Source: Thalia democratica
Lineage: Eukaryota
Assembly: GCA_965202585.1 (NCBI GenBank)
Contig: OZ241832.1
Location: forward strand, 56,916,001 to 56,980,000
DNA: 64,000 nt
Direction: 5' to 3'
A program made the translations under genes and the position numbers. The notes under the pieces are model-generated. The model did not search any database. It was not told the origin of the DNA and saw only the letters and a program-made list of their open reading frames with translations. Shown here piece after piece: positions 48,109 to 62,099 of the stretch; the first letter of the stretch is position 1; each line of letters starts with the position of its first letter.

Positions 48109-51100
48109 TCATTTTACTTCGACGAAATCTGAAAAGTATTTTATTCAAATTGGTTTGTAGTTTGTGATAAGGCAATCGTTAGAAAACTAGTGAAATAAAC
48201 TACCTTATTAGTTAATGAACAAAAACCTACTAAGGGCAGAAAATTATCTTAAGATATATAATAAAATAGCTTAAGGTAAATATAAATGTCTTATTGAAAA
48301 CTGTAAATTAAGTTATTATCACTGTTAATAAATTTTAATGTGCCATAACTTCTTTTAATGCTTAATAAAGCTGAAAAGTGAACTAATTCTTTTAAAGTTA
48401 AGTTTTTAACCTGAAACAAACAAATATTATTCAAAGTTTTTGAACAACGAATATTATCCAACTAATTTTCGTTTACTGATTTTTAACACACATGACATTA
48501 AAAGCGTTTTTAAAAAAAAACAACTATGTTTCATTAGCAGATTTTCAATATACAAAAAATTCAACATAGGTTAATAATTTGTAAAGATATATTGGTTAGG
48601 TAAAGTGAAATAAAATTTCAAATAATGAAAAAAAACCTTATAAAGTAAAAAATACTTTAAACATGCGTAATAAAAAATTGCTTTAGGTCATATAAAAATT
48701 TTTTATTCTAAACAGCAAATTGAATCAATAAAATTGTTAAAAAATTTAAATTTTGCATAACATTTGTTATTGTATAGTAAAGCTAACAAGAAAATTTATT
48801 CTGTCAAGATTAAACTTTCAAACTGACTCACAAAACGTCTAATACTTTATAACAAAAGTAAAACAACTTGTTTCCAACATCAGATATTCAACATTCAAAA
48901 AATTCAACTCACCACAGCCGACGAACACGATGTTCTCCAACGACACGTTTTCCGGGTATCCCCCGTACTCGGAACTGGCGAACTCGAGCACGAAGGCAAC
49001 TCCGTCATCGACCAGATTCAGCTCGACCTCTACCGTTCCGCTTCGTCGCCTTTTCCACAATATCTTCTTGTTCGACATTCGCTCGTTCGGTGTTCGGCCG
49101 TACTTCTGCTCCAAGCGGATCGTCACAACGCCACGAATCAGGTTCTGTGATTGGTTAGTTGTTTTACTTTGGATTCTTTTTGAATAATATTTTATAATCA
49201 ACTGAAGATCTCGTTTGGTTTACTTTAAAAGAGTGAAACATTGTTTTGATAATAAAATTAAAACAATTAAGTTTTACTTTAGTACTTAAATGTATTTTTT
49301 TTATGGTGATAACTGCCCAGTAGACTTTCTCCATATTACTCTAGTCTAGTGTGTTAAATAACTGCTATATTCTATAATACAATTTAATGTTAAACAACTA
49401 TTAGTTTTAGATATTTCCGTTAAAAAAGGTAACAAATTTTTTTTGCTACAAATTGAACTATCTGCAAAGATTTTACAGTTCAAAAATTGTGCTCCTTAAT
49501 AATAAAAAGAAACACTGTATACAACTATAAAAACACTTACATTATTCGTGAATTTAAAAGTAACTTTGCACGAGCAATTTTTGGTTGATTTCAAAAGTCC
49601 AGTGCTCAGGGCTGAAGGTGAAGTATAGTTTTCTAGTTGCCAACTTTCTTCTGAGAAAAATAAACAGTCATTTAATTCAATTTTCTTCGATTTTTAGTCT
49701 AAAAAAATTGAGCTAACAAGCAAGAATAAAAGGATGGATTTTTATAAGAAAAATCAATAAAAATTGTTTAAACATTGTTAAATTAAAAGACTTAAGTTTT
49801 ACGAAAAAAGTCTTATGAGTCATATAATTAGTAATTGGTGTCTTTGACAACCACAATTAAACAAAAATAGTTTTAGAGATTATTGTACTGGTAGTGTTTA
49901 GTTATTGTATAATACTTCCAGTCTCTTTTAAAAGAAAATTATCAATATTTCATACATTTCAATCTACTTTTATAACTTTTAAACAAACAATTTTTCATAA
50001 CTTGAAATTAAAAACTATATACCATAGTTTTAACTTTTTGTCATAAAATACTAACAAACCTTACTTGAAAACCAGTTTGTAAAAAAAAAGATTAAAACCT
50101 AAAAGTTTTTAGCAATGAAGAGCCCACCTTACACAATCATATTGAAAATAAATCAAAAAATAAAGTTTTAGTGATCAATATTAAAAATAACATACATAAA
50201 AAGCTTTTTGTGCTGACTAGGCAAATATGAATTGCCACATCGTGTCAATGATTCGCATAATTCTCAAGTCACCCACTCCAGATTATGATCAAACTTAAAG
50301 TTAAAGCTTGTAAGCAAAATAAGTTTTAGTAAAATATGTTAAGTAGTTTGAAAACAAAAATTTAGTTTTATTTATTAACAAGGCCAAACTTCGACTGTCT
50401 TTCTTTCAATATATATAGTAGAAGTTTCAGGGTAATAAACTTTTACAGACAAACTTGCCTAAGTTTTTTTGCCTCAATTTTTATATAATAAAATATGCTG
50501 GATTAATTCTAGATAGCTAAATATAAAGTAAAATTTGAAATGAAATATTTTCAATAAAAACGAACAAATTTTAAGTAAATGAATACAACAATTTCAATCA
50601 CATGATAAATACTCAAATCTCTACAGAACACGAGTATAATAAATTTTTACCTTCGTTGCTCGTCTTTTCCCACCTATCAGGAGCGTTCTCATTTGCGTTT
50701 GAAAAAGAACGTTTGACGCTTCTCGCGGAACCTGAATAAAATTTTAGTTTAAAATAAATACTTTTTTGTAGTTGATACAGCAATATAGGTTTTAGTTTAA
50801 AAAAAAGAGCAAATAGTTCTACTAAAACAAAATAAAATGAAGTTGACGTAAGATACTTTACTTTCAAAAAACGTCAAATAAATTTAGTTGTTGTACTCTA
50901 CATATCAGCAAATTTTTAAGTCCATAAAAAAAGTTACAATTTTATTGTAAATGTTATATTTTGATTTGTTTGTTTTTGAAAATACAATAAGCTGTTTACA
51001 AATTATCCTGAACTTTACACATGTAGGTTTCAGACTTCCGTAAACAACTTTAAAATAGTTGTATATATATACAATTTTTAGACTTAAGTACTCAAACAAA

Positions 51101-53038
51101 CTTATCAATGTACCATTGTTACACTTGAGTCCTCCATCGATGACAATTTCGTCGATGTTGATTGTCGGTCCAACTCCGCAATACTTGGTGTCACCTTTGC
51201 AAGTTTGGTTGTTAAGAACACTTGCTTTCAAAACAACCTAAGCGTTAATGTTTATATTTATTGCGAACTTGTTTAGTTGTTGTAATATGATTTTTATAAT
51301 AGATAAACTTTTACAAGCGCTTCACAAACTTCAACATTTTTACTCAATAAACCAAACACTTTAAAAACACACTGCAAACTGACCCTGTATTCACCGGCGA
51401 GGGTGGAAACGTCGAAATTGAACTTCTCCATCTTCCACCCGAACACGGCGTGGTCGACCTCGAAAAAACTCCCCGCACCTTCCACCTCCTCCAACACGTC
51501 ATTGCTGGCCGGTATGACGTAACCTCTCAAGCTCGACCCGTCGCAGTGGATCGCCGAGTGCATCGAGAAAGTCACGTGGTCCAGTTGCGTGACGTTAAAG
51601 GTCGGTGACGTCATGTAGGCGGTGGTGAACTTCTCCCCGCTGTCAGGGTCGCCGACCACTTTGGCGAAGAACTGGTTCTGAACGTTCTCCTTTTCCTGCA
51701 CGCCTTGGAAAGCGGCGCAGCTTACAGGGACTTCCTTTGAACTTTCCCGCCTCTTCTCGTGATGAACAGAGGGGAGTTTCCCGTTCAGAACTATTTCCCG
51801 CCAGTTGCAGTTGACCCTCGAATCGACATTCTCGAAATCGCACTTGTCACGCTTGAGCAAGTCCACGTGATCAGCTGTCGTAGTGTTTCGGCTGAAGTAG
51901 CCGAGGATCGGTAGAAGCTGGTTGCACGACTCGTGGAACGCTACTGTGACGTCATCGTCATTTACGACGTCATTATCAGGATTTATTGTTACGTGATTGT
52001 TACTTGTGACGTAATCTTTTTTGAATAACATTTTCAATACTACATTATTATGTTCATCAGAATTGATGATGTTCTTCAGAGAAATCCATTTTTCTCCGGT
52101 GAACTTTTCTTTTTCAGTTTGAAAGAACTGATTAAAAGTTTTCTTGTTCAAAATTATTTCTTTCACTTGGAACTCTTTCGACTTGCTGTTGATCGTGAGA
52201 CTGCAGGTGTTTTTCGGGACTGCAAGGTTTTTGGTGGAAACCAACTTTTCGTCAATTTTAGATTCGTTGTTGTGAAATAAACCTGGAAAAATAAACAGCT
52301 AAGAAACATCGTAGAACTAAATTGTTTGGTGCTTTTCGTGTTAGTATTTTCTTAGTTTCTTAAAAACTCTTTTAATTTTTGTAAAATAAAGTTGATTTAA
52401 AAAAATAATTGTTTGTTTAAAATATTAATAGGGATATAACGTTTTAATTTTCAATTTAACTACGAAACTCAATAAAAGTCACAAACAGAAATGTTATTTT
52501 TAAATATTTACAGGGAAACAAATGTTTCAACTGCTTCTCATAACCTCAACAAAACTCACCTCGATTTTTCAGCAAAACAAAGGTGCACGCCAGCGCAACG
52601 ATCAGGAAGATGGCGATGAAGACGATCAGCGTCCTCTTCTTCTTGAAGCAGTAGGAGCAGATCTTGTTCATCTTGCGCTTCTTGCGCTTCTTGCTTTCCT
52701 TGATGCTCACGGCGATCAGCTGGTCGCAGTCTTTCGGCGTCTGATCTTTTTCTAAAAAAATAATAAAAATAATAAAACTAACAATTAAATGAGTATAATG
52801 CTAAAGCTTCTAAAAGCAAAGTTCTGAACTAAATATACTGAAACAGTATATAAAACTTTTATTGTATTGTAAAGAGTCAAAAAATAGTAAAAACTTTAAA
52901 ATACTCCGTTATGAAATTCAAAATAAAAAATTATACTTAATTAAACTTTTAAGCAAATAAAAAATAAATAAAAAACTCAATCAGTAACTTACGTGTTTTT
53001 TGTTGCATTACGTACGTTTCGTTAATTACTTTTGGCAT
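48109..53038 (-). CDS. Type II membrane MAM-like protein, copy B (8 coding exons, 567 aa)
   Basis: Exons (minus strand) 53038-52993, 52751-52560, 52282-51384, 51237-51114, 50731-50651, 49650-49541, 49144-48913, 48128-48109. Same phases as copy A. The only coding indel is an in-frame 3-nt difference in exon 6. Total 1704 nt. Confidence 0.85.
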
Positions 53039-56000
53039 AACACTTTTTCACTTCAAACACTTTTATTAGAAATTAATATTAACAACTACTATCTGTAAGT
53101 TTCTTTATTGAAAGCTAAATCAGCAAAATTATTTGTAAAACTTTTGATAATAATTTTGTTAATGCTAGAAACGTATGCAAACTAAACTGTATACATTTTT
53201 TTATCGAGCAAAACATCTCTCAAAAATTCTGAGTTAAATTTAAAGAAAAAACAAATCGATAACAAATAAACTCGTCTTAGAATGATTTAAAAAGTCGACT
53301 TGCAGAAATTTAACTATTATAAAATTATCACAAACTAACAAAACTCATTTAAAGTAAGTCTAAATAACCTTACTTTTATTCCCAAACCAACTATATAAGA
53401 TTCAGTATATCTTAAAAAAAAAAGAAATAACTTAACCTCAATATAATTAGAAATTATTGATTACCTGTTGAGCATACAAGCAACTCTTAAGTTAAAAACA
53501 GTTCTTAAATTTTTAGTACAAGTTAAACTGTATTAAGATATATCGATTTACAAAAGTGTATAGTCTCTTGAAGTTTAACATTTCATTTCCTCAATTCTCA
53601 AAAGGTTTTACTTATATAGGTTACAACTTTCTTTAGAAGTTATTAAGTCTAGTGTCAATACTTCTGACATTTATACCACCATGCTTCCAGAAGAGCACAA
53701 AAAAAGCTTACCGAAAAAAAGGATGGTTGTAGAAAAATAAATCCACCAAAAGTCTGCTTAAAGTTCAAAGACTTCTTACAATGTTTATTGAACTTGATAT
53801 TATTGCAAGTTATAATCGTAAAATAGTTATTACAAAAAATTGTTTTCTTTAATTTTTAAGAAATGCTGAATCTTCTCAATCAGGAACAATTATTCATTTA
53901 CTTTGTTACGCAATTATTGTTTATCGCAGTTTTTGGATTTTTTTACTTTTTATTATTGAATGCTAACTTTTGTAGACAAAATAAGTGTTTAAAAACTAAA
54001 ACATTTACTTCTATCAAGAAATTTAAGTGACACAGGATCTTTAATATACAGTAGTTTTAATCTTAAAAACTAGAGAAATTGTAAATTTAAAAGAGTAAAA
54101 AAGCTTAAATTTACTATAATGAAAATGATTATTTATAAAACTAGTTTAAAAAATAAAAACACGCTTTTTAAGTTGTGTTTCACAACTGTTTTTGACTGTA
54201 CTCTATTAACTGTTAATTCGTTTTTTTTGCTTAATGTCAAAATAGATAAAGTTGTTCTTATTACACAGATTAGTTTTAGCTGTAAAACAAATATTTTTTG
54301 TTAAACCAATTTGATTTTAACCAATCACTATCATCTAATAGTAAATAAAAATGAATAAAAATGAAAACCAAAACATTCCAATTTTAACTGAGAATAATTT
54401 AACACTTTAAAATCTTCAACTAATTTAATTCAAACTTAACTTTGTCAAACATTTTTGAAAGTAAATTATTGTTTTCATTGAAAAATGTAACTAGCATCTA
54501 ATCATGTAAAAAAAGATCAAAATTTAAAACAATCTTTAAAAAAAACAAATTTTATTAACATAAACAAAATCAAAATTGTTTTTATAGCAGAACCAACTAG
54601 CAGCTACACGCAAAATTGCAAATAAAAAATTGTCACGAAAACCAAACATAAATTTTCGTTACTTTTATTTTTGTAATGGAATCACTATGTGTTAGCATGA
54701 CTAATAAAACTATCGATTTAGCGCAATAAATTAAAGTCCCATGATGATATTAATGTTAAAATGCGAACACAAGTTTACTTGTGTGTATCTCATGAATTAA
54801 TGAGTGAAATTTCTTCAATGTTTATATTAACTCGGTTTAGAACTTATATAAAAAGTGTGTATTTTTAAACTGTTTAAAGTATTTTTAGTATATAAAAAAT
54901 TCATGTGATTAGACTGCGTTCTGTGATTTACAGCTCAAAAATTCCGCAACTTATTTTAAAAACAATAAAAGTAATAAACGCGTAAAACGTATTGAAATAA
55001 AACCAGACACCTGTTTTATTGCTGTACTGATTTTGTTTGATAAGCTTTTAAAACATGGTAATGCCTCTAAAATACACTTTTTTAATAAATAAAAATTTTA
55101 TCGGAAATATTTTGAAAATCTGAAAAAACTTTAACACACAAAGCTTTAAACTTTATGACTATAAGTATCTCGTAAAGGGTTGAAATTATTCTATTGCTTT
55201 TTTCTAATTAAAAGTAATCGAAAAGTGTAAGTAAGAAAAAACAAAAACAATAAAAAACATTGAAACACAGATTTAAAAAACTTCAAGTATACTGAACAAG
55301 TATATTCAAAAGTTAATTAAGAAATTAAATCAATACGTTTTCAAGAAAAATCAACGCTCAAGCAATACTGCCTACGTGTTTTACAATTGAAAATCGTTAA
55401 AGGTCATAAAACATATTTTACGAAAAAAACACGGATATGAACATAGCATGTGATTTTATATTGTAAAATCTTCTACACAATATTGCATAATTGTTGGAGA
55501 AATTGAGTTTTATCTTTAGACATTTACAGCTTTCCTTAACAAGTTAAAGACGACATTCGCAACTTAATGGCACATGTTGCTCAAGAATAACACATGAAAT
55601 TTAAATGCGTCAGCTGCAGTTCTAAGGTCGCTTCTGATTGGTTGATATTTCACTTTTTTTATTTTTAGCTTTAACTGATAATTTTTTTTTGGTTAATTTT
55701 TTTACATATTTGGGTAAGGTGGTTTAGGGATAAGTGTACATATTGAAAATCTTGGGTAAGGTGGGTTGGGGAAAAGGTTGTTTTTAATATTCTGCTGTGT
55801 TATCACTTTACCTCAATCGTGTAATGTTATAAATTTACTGCTTGAATGGAAACATTTCCAAAACCTTATAACTGCAGCCGACCCCTTTTAAATTTTATTT
55901 CAAAACAACGTTACTAAATGTCAGTACGATTTTATTTCGTGTTTTAAGCTGATTAGTTTTTGAATAAAAGCGAAAACAAAAAACAAATATTTAAAAGAGT

Positions 56001-56200
56001 GTTTTGGAAGTAATCTAACAAAAAATATGTTAACTTTTTATTGTGGTATTTTGGTAACTTTTATTTAGCAGTTCGCGTTCCTCACTAGTTTTAAAATACT
56101 TTCAAACAAACATAAGAAATGAATTCATAAAAACAATAAAACTTCATTAAAAATTTGACAACATGTGTTGTTAATTTTACTTTTAGGTGTTAGTTTTGAT

Positions 56201-56473
56201 TAGTGATGTACCGGACCTACAATTTCGGGTCCGGCCGGACCCGGATCCGGACTTTTTTTTCAAATTAGAATCCGGCCGGAACCGGATCCGGATTTTTTTT
56301 TCAAAATAGAATCCGGCCGGAACCGGATCCGGACTTTTTTTTCAAATTAGAGTCCGGCCGGAACCGGATTCGGACTTTTTTTCAAATTAGAATCCGGCCG
56401 GATCCGGATATCAGACAAAAATTGCAATATCCGGCCGGACCCGGACCCGGATAGTGAATCCGGTACATCACTA
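56201..56473. mobile_element. hAT-type MITE (273 bp) built from ~40-bp ATCCGG-rich tandem units
   Basis: 15-bp perfect TIRs and about four units of CCGGATCCGGACTTTTTTTCAAATTAGAATCCGGCCGGAA. A second, left-truncated copy lies at 57744-57940. Confidence 0.88.
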
Positions 56474-57940
56474 GAATAAACTAGCCTGAGTCAGAATGAG
56501 GTTTTTAAAAACTGAAAAAAAAAGAACTTTAATTTATTAATAAGTAGAACAGCTAGCCACAAGGTTTACAAATTTAGGTGTTATTCACAATTAAAAATCT
56601 GAAATCAAGTTCTTGAACAAAATACACTAGAAAATTTAAAAATATTGAAAACTGGATCAGCTCAAACTCATTTAAAATCTAAAAGAAAACTAGCCTGAGT
56701 TGTTATAAAAAACTAAACTAGCCTGAGGCAGTCCAAGATTTTCTAAAATTCCCAAAATTTTTCAAACTAGCAGGGTTGCCACTGTTTAATTCAATAAAAC
56801 TAGCAAGAGTGAGTATAAACAAGCCTGAGTCATAATGAGGTTTTTAAAAACTGAAAAAATTACTTTAATCTAATAATCAGTAGAACAGCTAGCAAAGGTT
56901 GAAAATTTGGTAGTAAATTTGTGGACTGATTGTGGTACACTTAACTTATTAGTACTACCCATCATAACTAAATCCTACTTTATTTAATTAATATCTAAAA
57001 AATACTAAATTCTAACTAAGACTACTTTCTATGATCAGACACGACAGTTTTGAGTGATGAATCTTTTATATAAAACACAACAAGAAATACTAGAAATATT
57101 ACTTTGGTAACACTTTAAAAACTGGACGCTATTTAAATCTATATCAAAAGACTTAAAACTAAAAACTAAAAATTCAATAAAACTTTTAGTAAACAAGAAA
57201 CTGTAAAATTTTTAATAAACTATTAAACTACAAACCTGGCTTAAATATTTAAACAATTAAACACCTGTTGAAATATTCACTTTTAAAACAAAACACTACT
57301 TACAATAAGCATTCACAAAAACATTCAAGATATTTTGTTGTATCAAGCTACACACGAAACTAACTAACTGCTTACATATAAACTGCCTGTCATATTCTGA
57401 TGTTTTGTTGCATCAGTATTTAGTTTGAAACATTTCGTCATATGATTCTCATTGGCTCGTACATTCAACCGTATTAACTCTAAATATTCTCTGAGCTCAA
57501 CTTTGAACAATAAATAATGCAAGTATTCATTCCAAAGTTTTCAATTTTACAACATTTGTAAAAAGTTGCATTTCATGAAATGTTTATTTCATAGTTTAAA
57601 TGTAAACAATTGTAAATTAGTCACGTGTACAAAATGAGCCCACGGTAGGTGTTTAATTTTAACTGACGAAAATGACTCTTATTAATTCACACAGGGTTTG
57701 TTTATGAAAAAATACTTTTCAGTATGCTCTTTTTTACTAACTAGATCCGGGTCCGGACTTTTTTTTTAAAATTAGAATCCGGCCGGAACCGGACCCGGAC
57801 TTTTTTTTCAAGTTAGAATCCGGCCGGAACCGGATCCGGACTTTTTTTTCAAATTAGAATCCGGCCGGATCCGGATATCAGACAAAAATGGCAATATCCG
57901 GCCGGACCCGGACCCGGATAGTGAGTCCGGTACATCACTA
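56201..57940. mobile_element. Composite hAT-type insertion (1740 bp): complete MITE + ~1.27-kb cargo + 5'-truncated second MITE
   Basis: Outer TIRs TAGTGATGTACCGGA / TCCGGTACATCACTA. Perfect 8-bp TSD GTTTTGAT at 56193-56200 and 57941-57948. The paralogous arm has the empty site (33081-33088; reverse complement GTTTTAAT). Confidence 0.9.
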
Positions 57941-60900
57941 GTTTTGATGCAAATAAAAGCTGTTTTTACGTGTCTTATTAACACTTGAACGTAATACTTT
58001 ATTAAACAATAATATTATAGTGAATTATTAAATATATATTCATAAAAATAAATTCCGTCTAACCCATCTGACTTACACATTGTTGAAAAATCTGAAACAA
58101 TTCTAATTTCAAAGATAATTTCTGCATCTGTCAAAACGTCTTTTGATGTCAACTTTTTCTTTTCATATGTTTTTCAATTTTTTTTTTGAAATTCGTCATA
58201 ACAATAAATACATGATTGACAAAAAAAAACAAAATACTGACCCTTTTTAGTTTCAAAAACAAATATTTAACGATGTTTTTCCTTGACCTTAAACATAGAT
58301 ACAATATTAAAAACATATATTGACTTGTTTTTGTTTATCGATATAAATGCATATAACATTTTTTTTAGTTTAGTTTTTGATAAAAACAAACAATAAGTTG
58401 ATTTTTTTTTTGAAATTAACTCACAATCGTATTATTAAAAATGTTTTATTGGGTTACTGGGTTAATCAAAATTTAAAATAATAATAATTTATTATTAGTA
58501 ATTTGTAAACAAACTTTTTAACTTTTATTTTAGAGTAATAATTTTAACCTTCTACTTAAAACCTTTTTTAATAGTCAGATAAATATTAAAAAAGTAATAA
58601 GAATTTAAATAATTTAAGAGAACTATAAAGTACTACTAAATATTCTTCCAAAAAGCATTGATATAAAAGTAAAATGTACAAACTTTTAAAAAACACTTAA
58701 ACTAAAATAACAATTTTAAGTTTTAATTTTTACATCTAACCAAGTACTTTAGTAGACATAATTGACTTGTTTTGAAGCTGCCGAGTAAAGTTAACAAAAA
58801 CAATAATCAGATTAGTAGAAAACTAACAGCTTTTCAAATAATTAAAGAGTAAAGACGTTTTGGAAAACTTGAACTTTTCTAATACTAGTCAGACTTTTCC
58901 CATAATATTACTACGAAACTGCTGTAAACAATACAACATCATTCGATTGAGGAAGTGTTCAAACTTAACTTATCATTTAAATACTGCATGAAGCAATTTA
59001 CTGCTGAGTTTATTTAAAAAACAAAGCATTGTTTTTCAAGCACTAAAACAATTATGTACAATTTAAAGGTAGTACGTATATGAGTTTAGGAAGTTTATAA
59101 ATAAAACTTTGAATAAATAAATTAAATAAAGTATCTGCGTTTAATTTATAAGCGAATTTTCACAGCATTTCGAATGCTAAATTTAAAAATCTAACTTAAG
59201 TATGTATTGTAATTTGAACAGTCTAAAACTCTTTTAACTAACTTGGCTATTAAGTAAACTAGTTAAAATTTAAAATATAAAGTGTCTGAAATTTCTAATC
59301 AGACACTTATTAATTATTGTCAATGAATAACTTGAATAACAGTTTTTCAAATGAGTCGAGCTGTTTTAAAAAGATTCCTAACTCCACTTATTAGGCAAAA
59401 TTAAATAAAAACTGTTTTGTTATAACAAAAACACTGAGATTTAAAAAAAAAAAAAGAACTAAGCATGCTGTAAAGATAATTAGTAAATGAAAAAAAATAA
59501 CTTTTAAATATTCATTTTGACTAAAATAATATTCACATTTTCTTAAGCAAAAAATGAAATCTTTAACATTTGCATACTAACTTCATTTGATGCTTTACCG
59601 GTTGGCCAACCCATAAGAACATTTTTTACTTTTTGAAGTTTTCTTTTAAAATAATTTTTTAACATTATACCAAGCATGTCACAAGTTTTATGACTGTCAA
59701 TTAAAAAAAGTACAGGAAGTGTTGATTTTTTGAAATTTTTTAACAATTTAAGCGAAGGAGGTTAAACTCAACTTTGAATAGACACCTCAATCAAACACGA
59801 TACAGTTAGTCACAAAATTTGTTACTGGTGGTTTTTTTTGAATGAACTGACTTTTAGGACTAAAAGAACTCAAGCTTTCAAAGCTTGAGGAAGTTTAGTT
59901 TCAGAATCGAACTTTGGAGCCATACAAATTTGTCACGATCTTTTTTAATGGCTAAAGTTAAACTTGTTTTGCAGAGTAGTAAAAATTCTGTATATTCTAG
60001 CAACCTAATAGAAGGTTTATCTAATTCAAACTTTATTAAGCATTAAACTTAATAGAAAAAATTATATAAATAGTACAACAAGTGCAAATTATTTTTTTTT
60101 TATTACCAGATATCGGTGGTAAAAAATAACGACCTTGATAAGTATAACAAATGTATTTGTACTTTTATAATCATTTATATAAGATCTTTACATTCCAGTA
60201 TATTGAGCAATATTTTTTAGTTAAGAAAAAATACTGTATAAAAAAATGTACAAATCTCGTTCAAATACTTACTATAACCGTTGTATTTTGACTAATATAC
60301 ATATTTGATAAACCATAACATTTATAATTTAAAAAGATACGTTTGTATGTAAAAACATCGTAAATTAAAGGACTTATCCTAACTCAAAACATAAATTAGA
60401 AAAAAAAAACATTCAAATATGTAAATATTGTTTTATAAACCAAATAGTACTATTACTAAAAAGTAAAAAAAAAAGCTAGAGATATAAAACTAAAAGTATA
60501 TATACTAAATTTAAAACAAGAAAAAAAAAACTTGAAAACTTCGAGCAACTAACAAGTTTGAAAATAAATTTGCTTAATAAATATTTCAGCATTTTTTCAT
60601 GTTTGATTAGCTTAAAAATAACTTACTTTTTCTGTAACAACTGGGTTTGAAAAAGACTTTTGGAACATAAAAAAAAAACATTAAGAGACATAGTTAAACT
60701 TGTTAACGCTTTAAAACATTTTATCTAATAATTAAACAACAAATAAATTTGTTGAGATCAAATACGCATGCTAGACGGAATCATTAACAGATAAAAACCG
60801 TTTTAGTTTTTTTCAAACTGTCAAAACCTTTATTTTTAAAATAAAATATAGCTCATAATTACAAAATCAAACTAAAACAGTTCGTAACGTGTATTTATTA

Positions 60901-62099
60901 TTTACTTTACATAAGAATATTTATTTCAAAACATACAAGTAATACTAATACTTGGACTAAACAAACTTATAGTTCTCTACTGAAGACTAAACTTTGTTTT
61001 TGTTTTGACACAGATTGCTTTAAATAAAACAAAGCTGTATGACGATGATTTATAATTTTTAAATGTGCGTATATCAATTTTCTTATGCTCTTTTAATGAT
61101 AACTCAACAAAAATCTACATTAATTTGTTTGAAAACGAATTACTTTTCAAAAACCAATTATAAAGAAGTTTATTGTAAATCAAACACTTAACTACTTAAA
61201 TATTGTCATATTCAATTAATTTGTTTTATAACAGTCCTTGTAAAACATAAAAATAAAATAAAAACCTGCTTTGGTGAAAAAACTATCTTACAATATTAGG
61301 CTAAACAAAAATGATAAAAAACTACGAATATTTTCAACATATATGCTCATGAAGTTATTTTGCAAAGCGTTAGCTTAATGAAACATAAGCTATTGAAAAC
61401 ACATTACAGTCCGTATATAGCGATAAGATATTTAAAAACTTTTAATTTTTCCTAGCTTTAAATGTAGTTTGACGTCGACCGTTGTCTAATCGTTTTCCAT
61501 CGTAATGATGATATATTATAAATATATAGAGAGTTTAGTATTCTTTAAAATGCGTATATAATTTATTTGTTTTTGCTTATCGGTAGTTTATTCTAAAAAT
61601 GATAAACGTTTAGTATTTAATACAAAAATTTTGAGTAAGCTATGGTGCAATTGTACATTTAAAAAAAACTATTTAGTCAACGTTGTTTTAGTCTTAAAAT
61701 CGTTTTAGGCCTTTTCCAAGTGGCAAGCACTTTTAAAAACTGGATAAACTTAAAATTAAAAGCATTGAGTTTTTCTGCGCTTGGAAAAGTGTTACAAATA
61801 GGTTTAATGCTCAAAGAAATCAATTGATATTCAAACTTTTTTTTTCTGATTATTTTAAAGCTTCAAAGACGCCTGTTCGATTCCGTCAAAGTGACTTTCT
61901 ATTAAGTGTAGTTGTTTAACTGAACAAAATTAAAATGTTAATGATTAAAAATAAAGAACATTGCAAAATAAAACGAACATTGTACTGTATCATTTAGTAT
62001 TAACACTTAACACTTTTCTTTTATTTTTAAGAAATATATAGTAAACTTCAAATTACTATAGCAAATTTATTTAAAAATTTTAAAGTTAGTCTGTTAAAA

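Larger units (their letters stand above)
47020..61920 (-). repeat. Segmental duplication unit B (right arm of the inverted repeat)
   Basis: Reverse complement of 28830-43235, plus a 1.74-kb insertion at 56201-57940. Confidence 0.92.

Noticed and set aside
56220-56460. Regularly spaced ~40-bp repeats resembling a CRISPR array
   Set aside because: There are no unique spacers and no cas genes, the context is eukaryotic, and the repeats are enclosed by MITE TIRs.
57050-57400. GTGATGA (C-box-like) with a later CTGA, suggesting a C/D snoRNA
   Set aside because: The spacing is too long, I see no terminal stem or antisense element, and such motifs are expected by chance.
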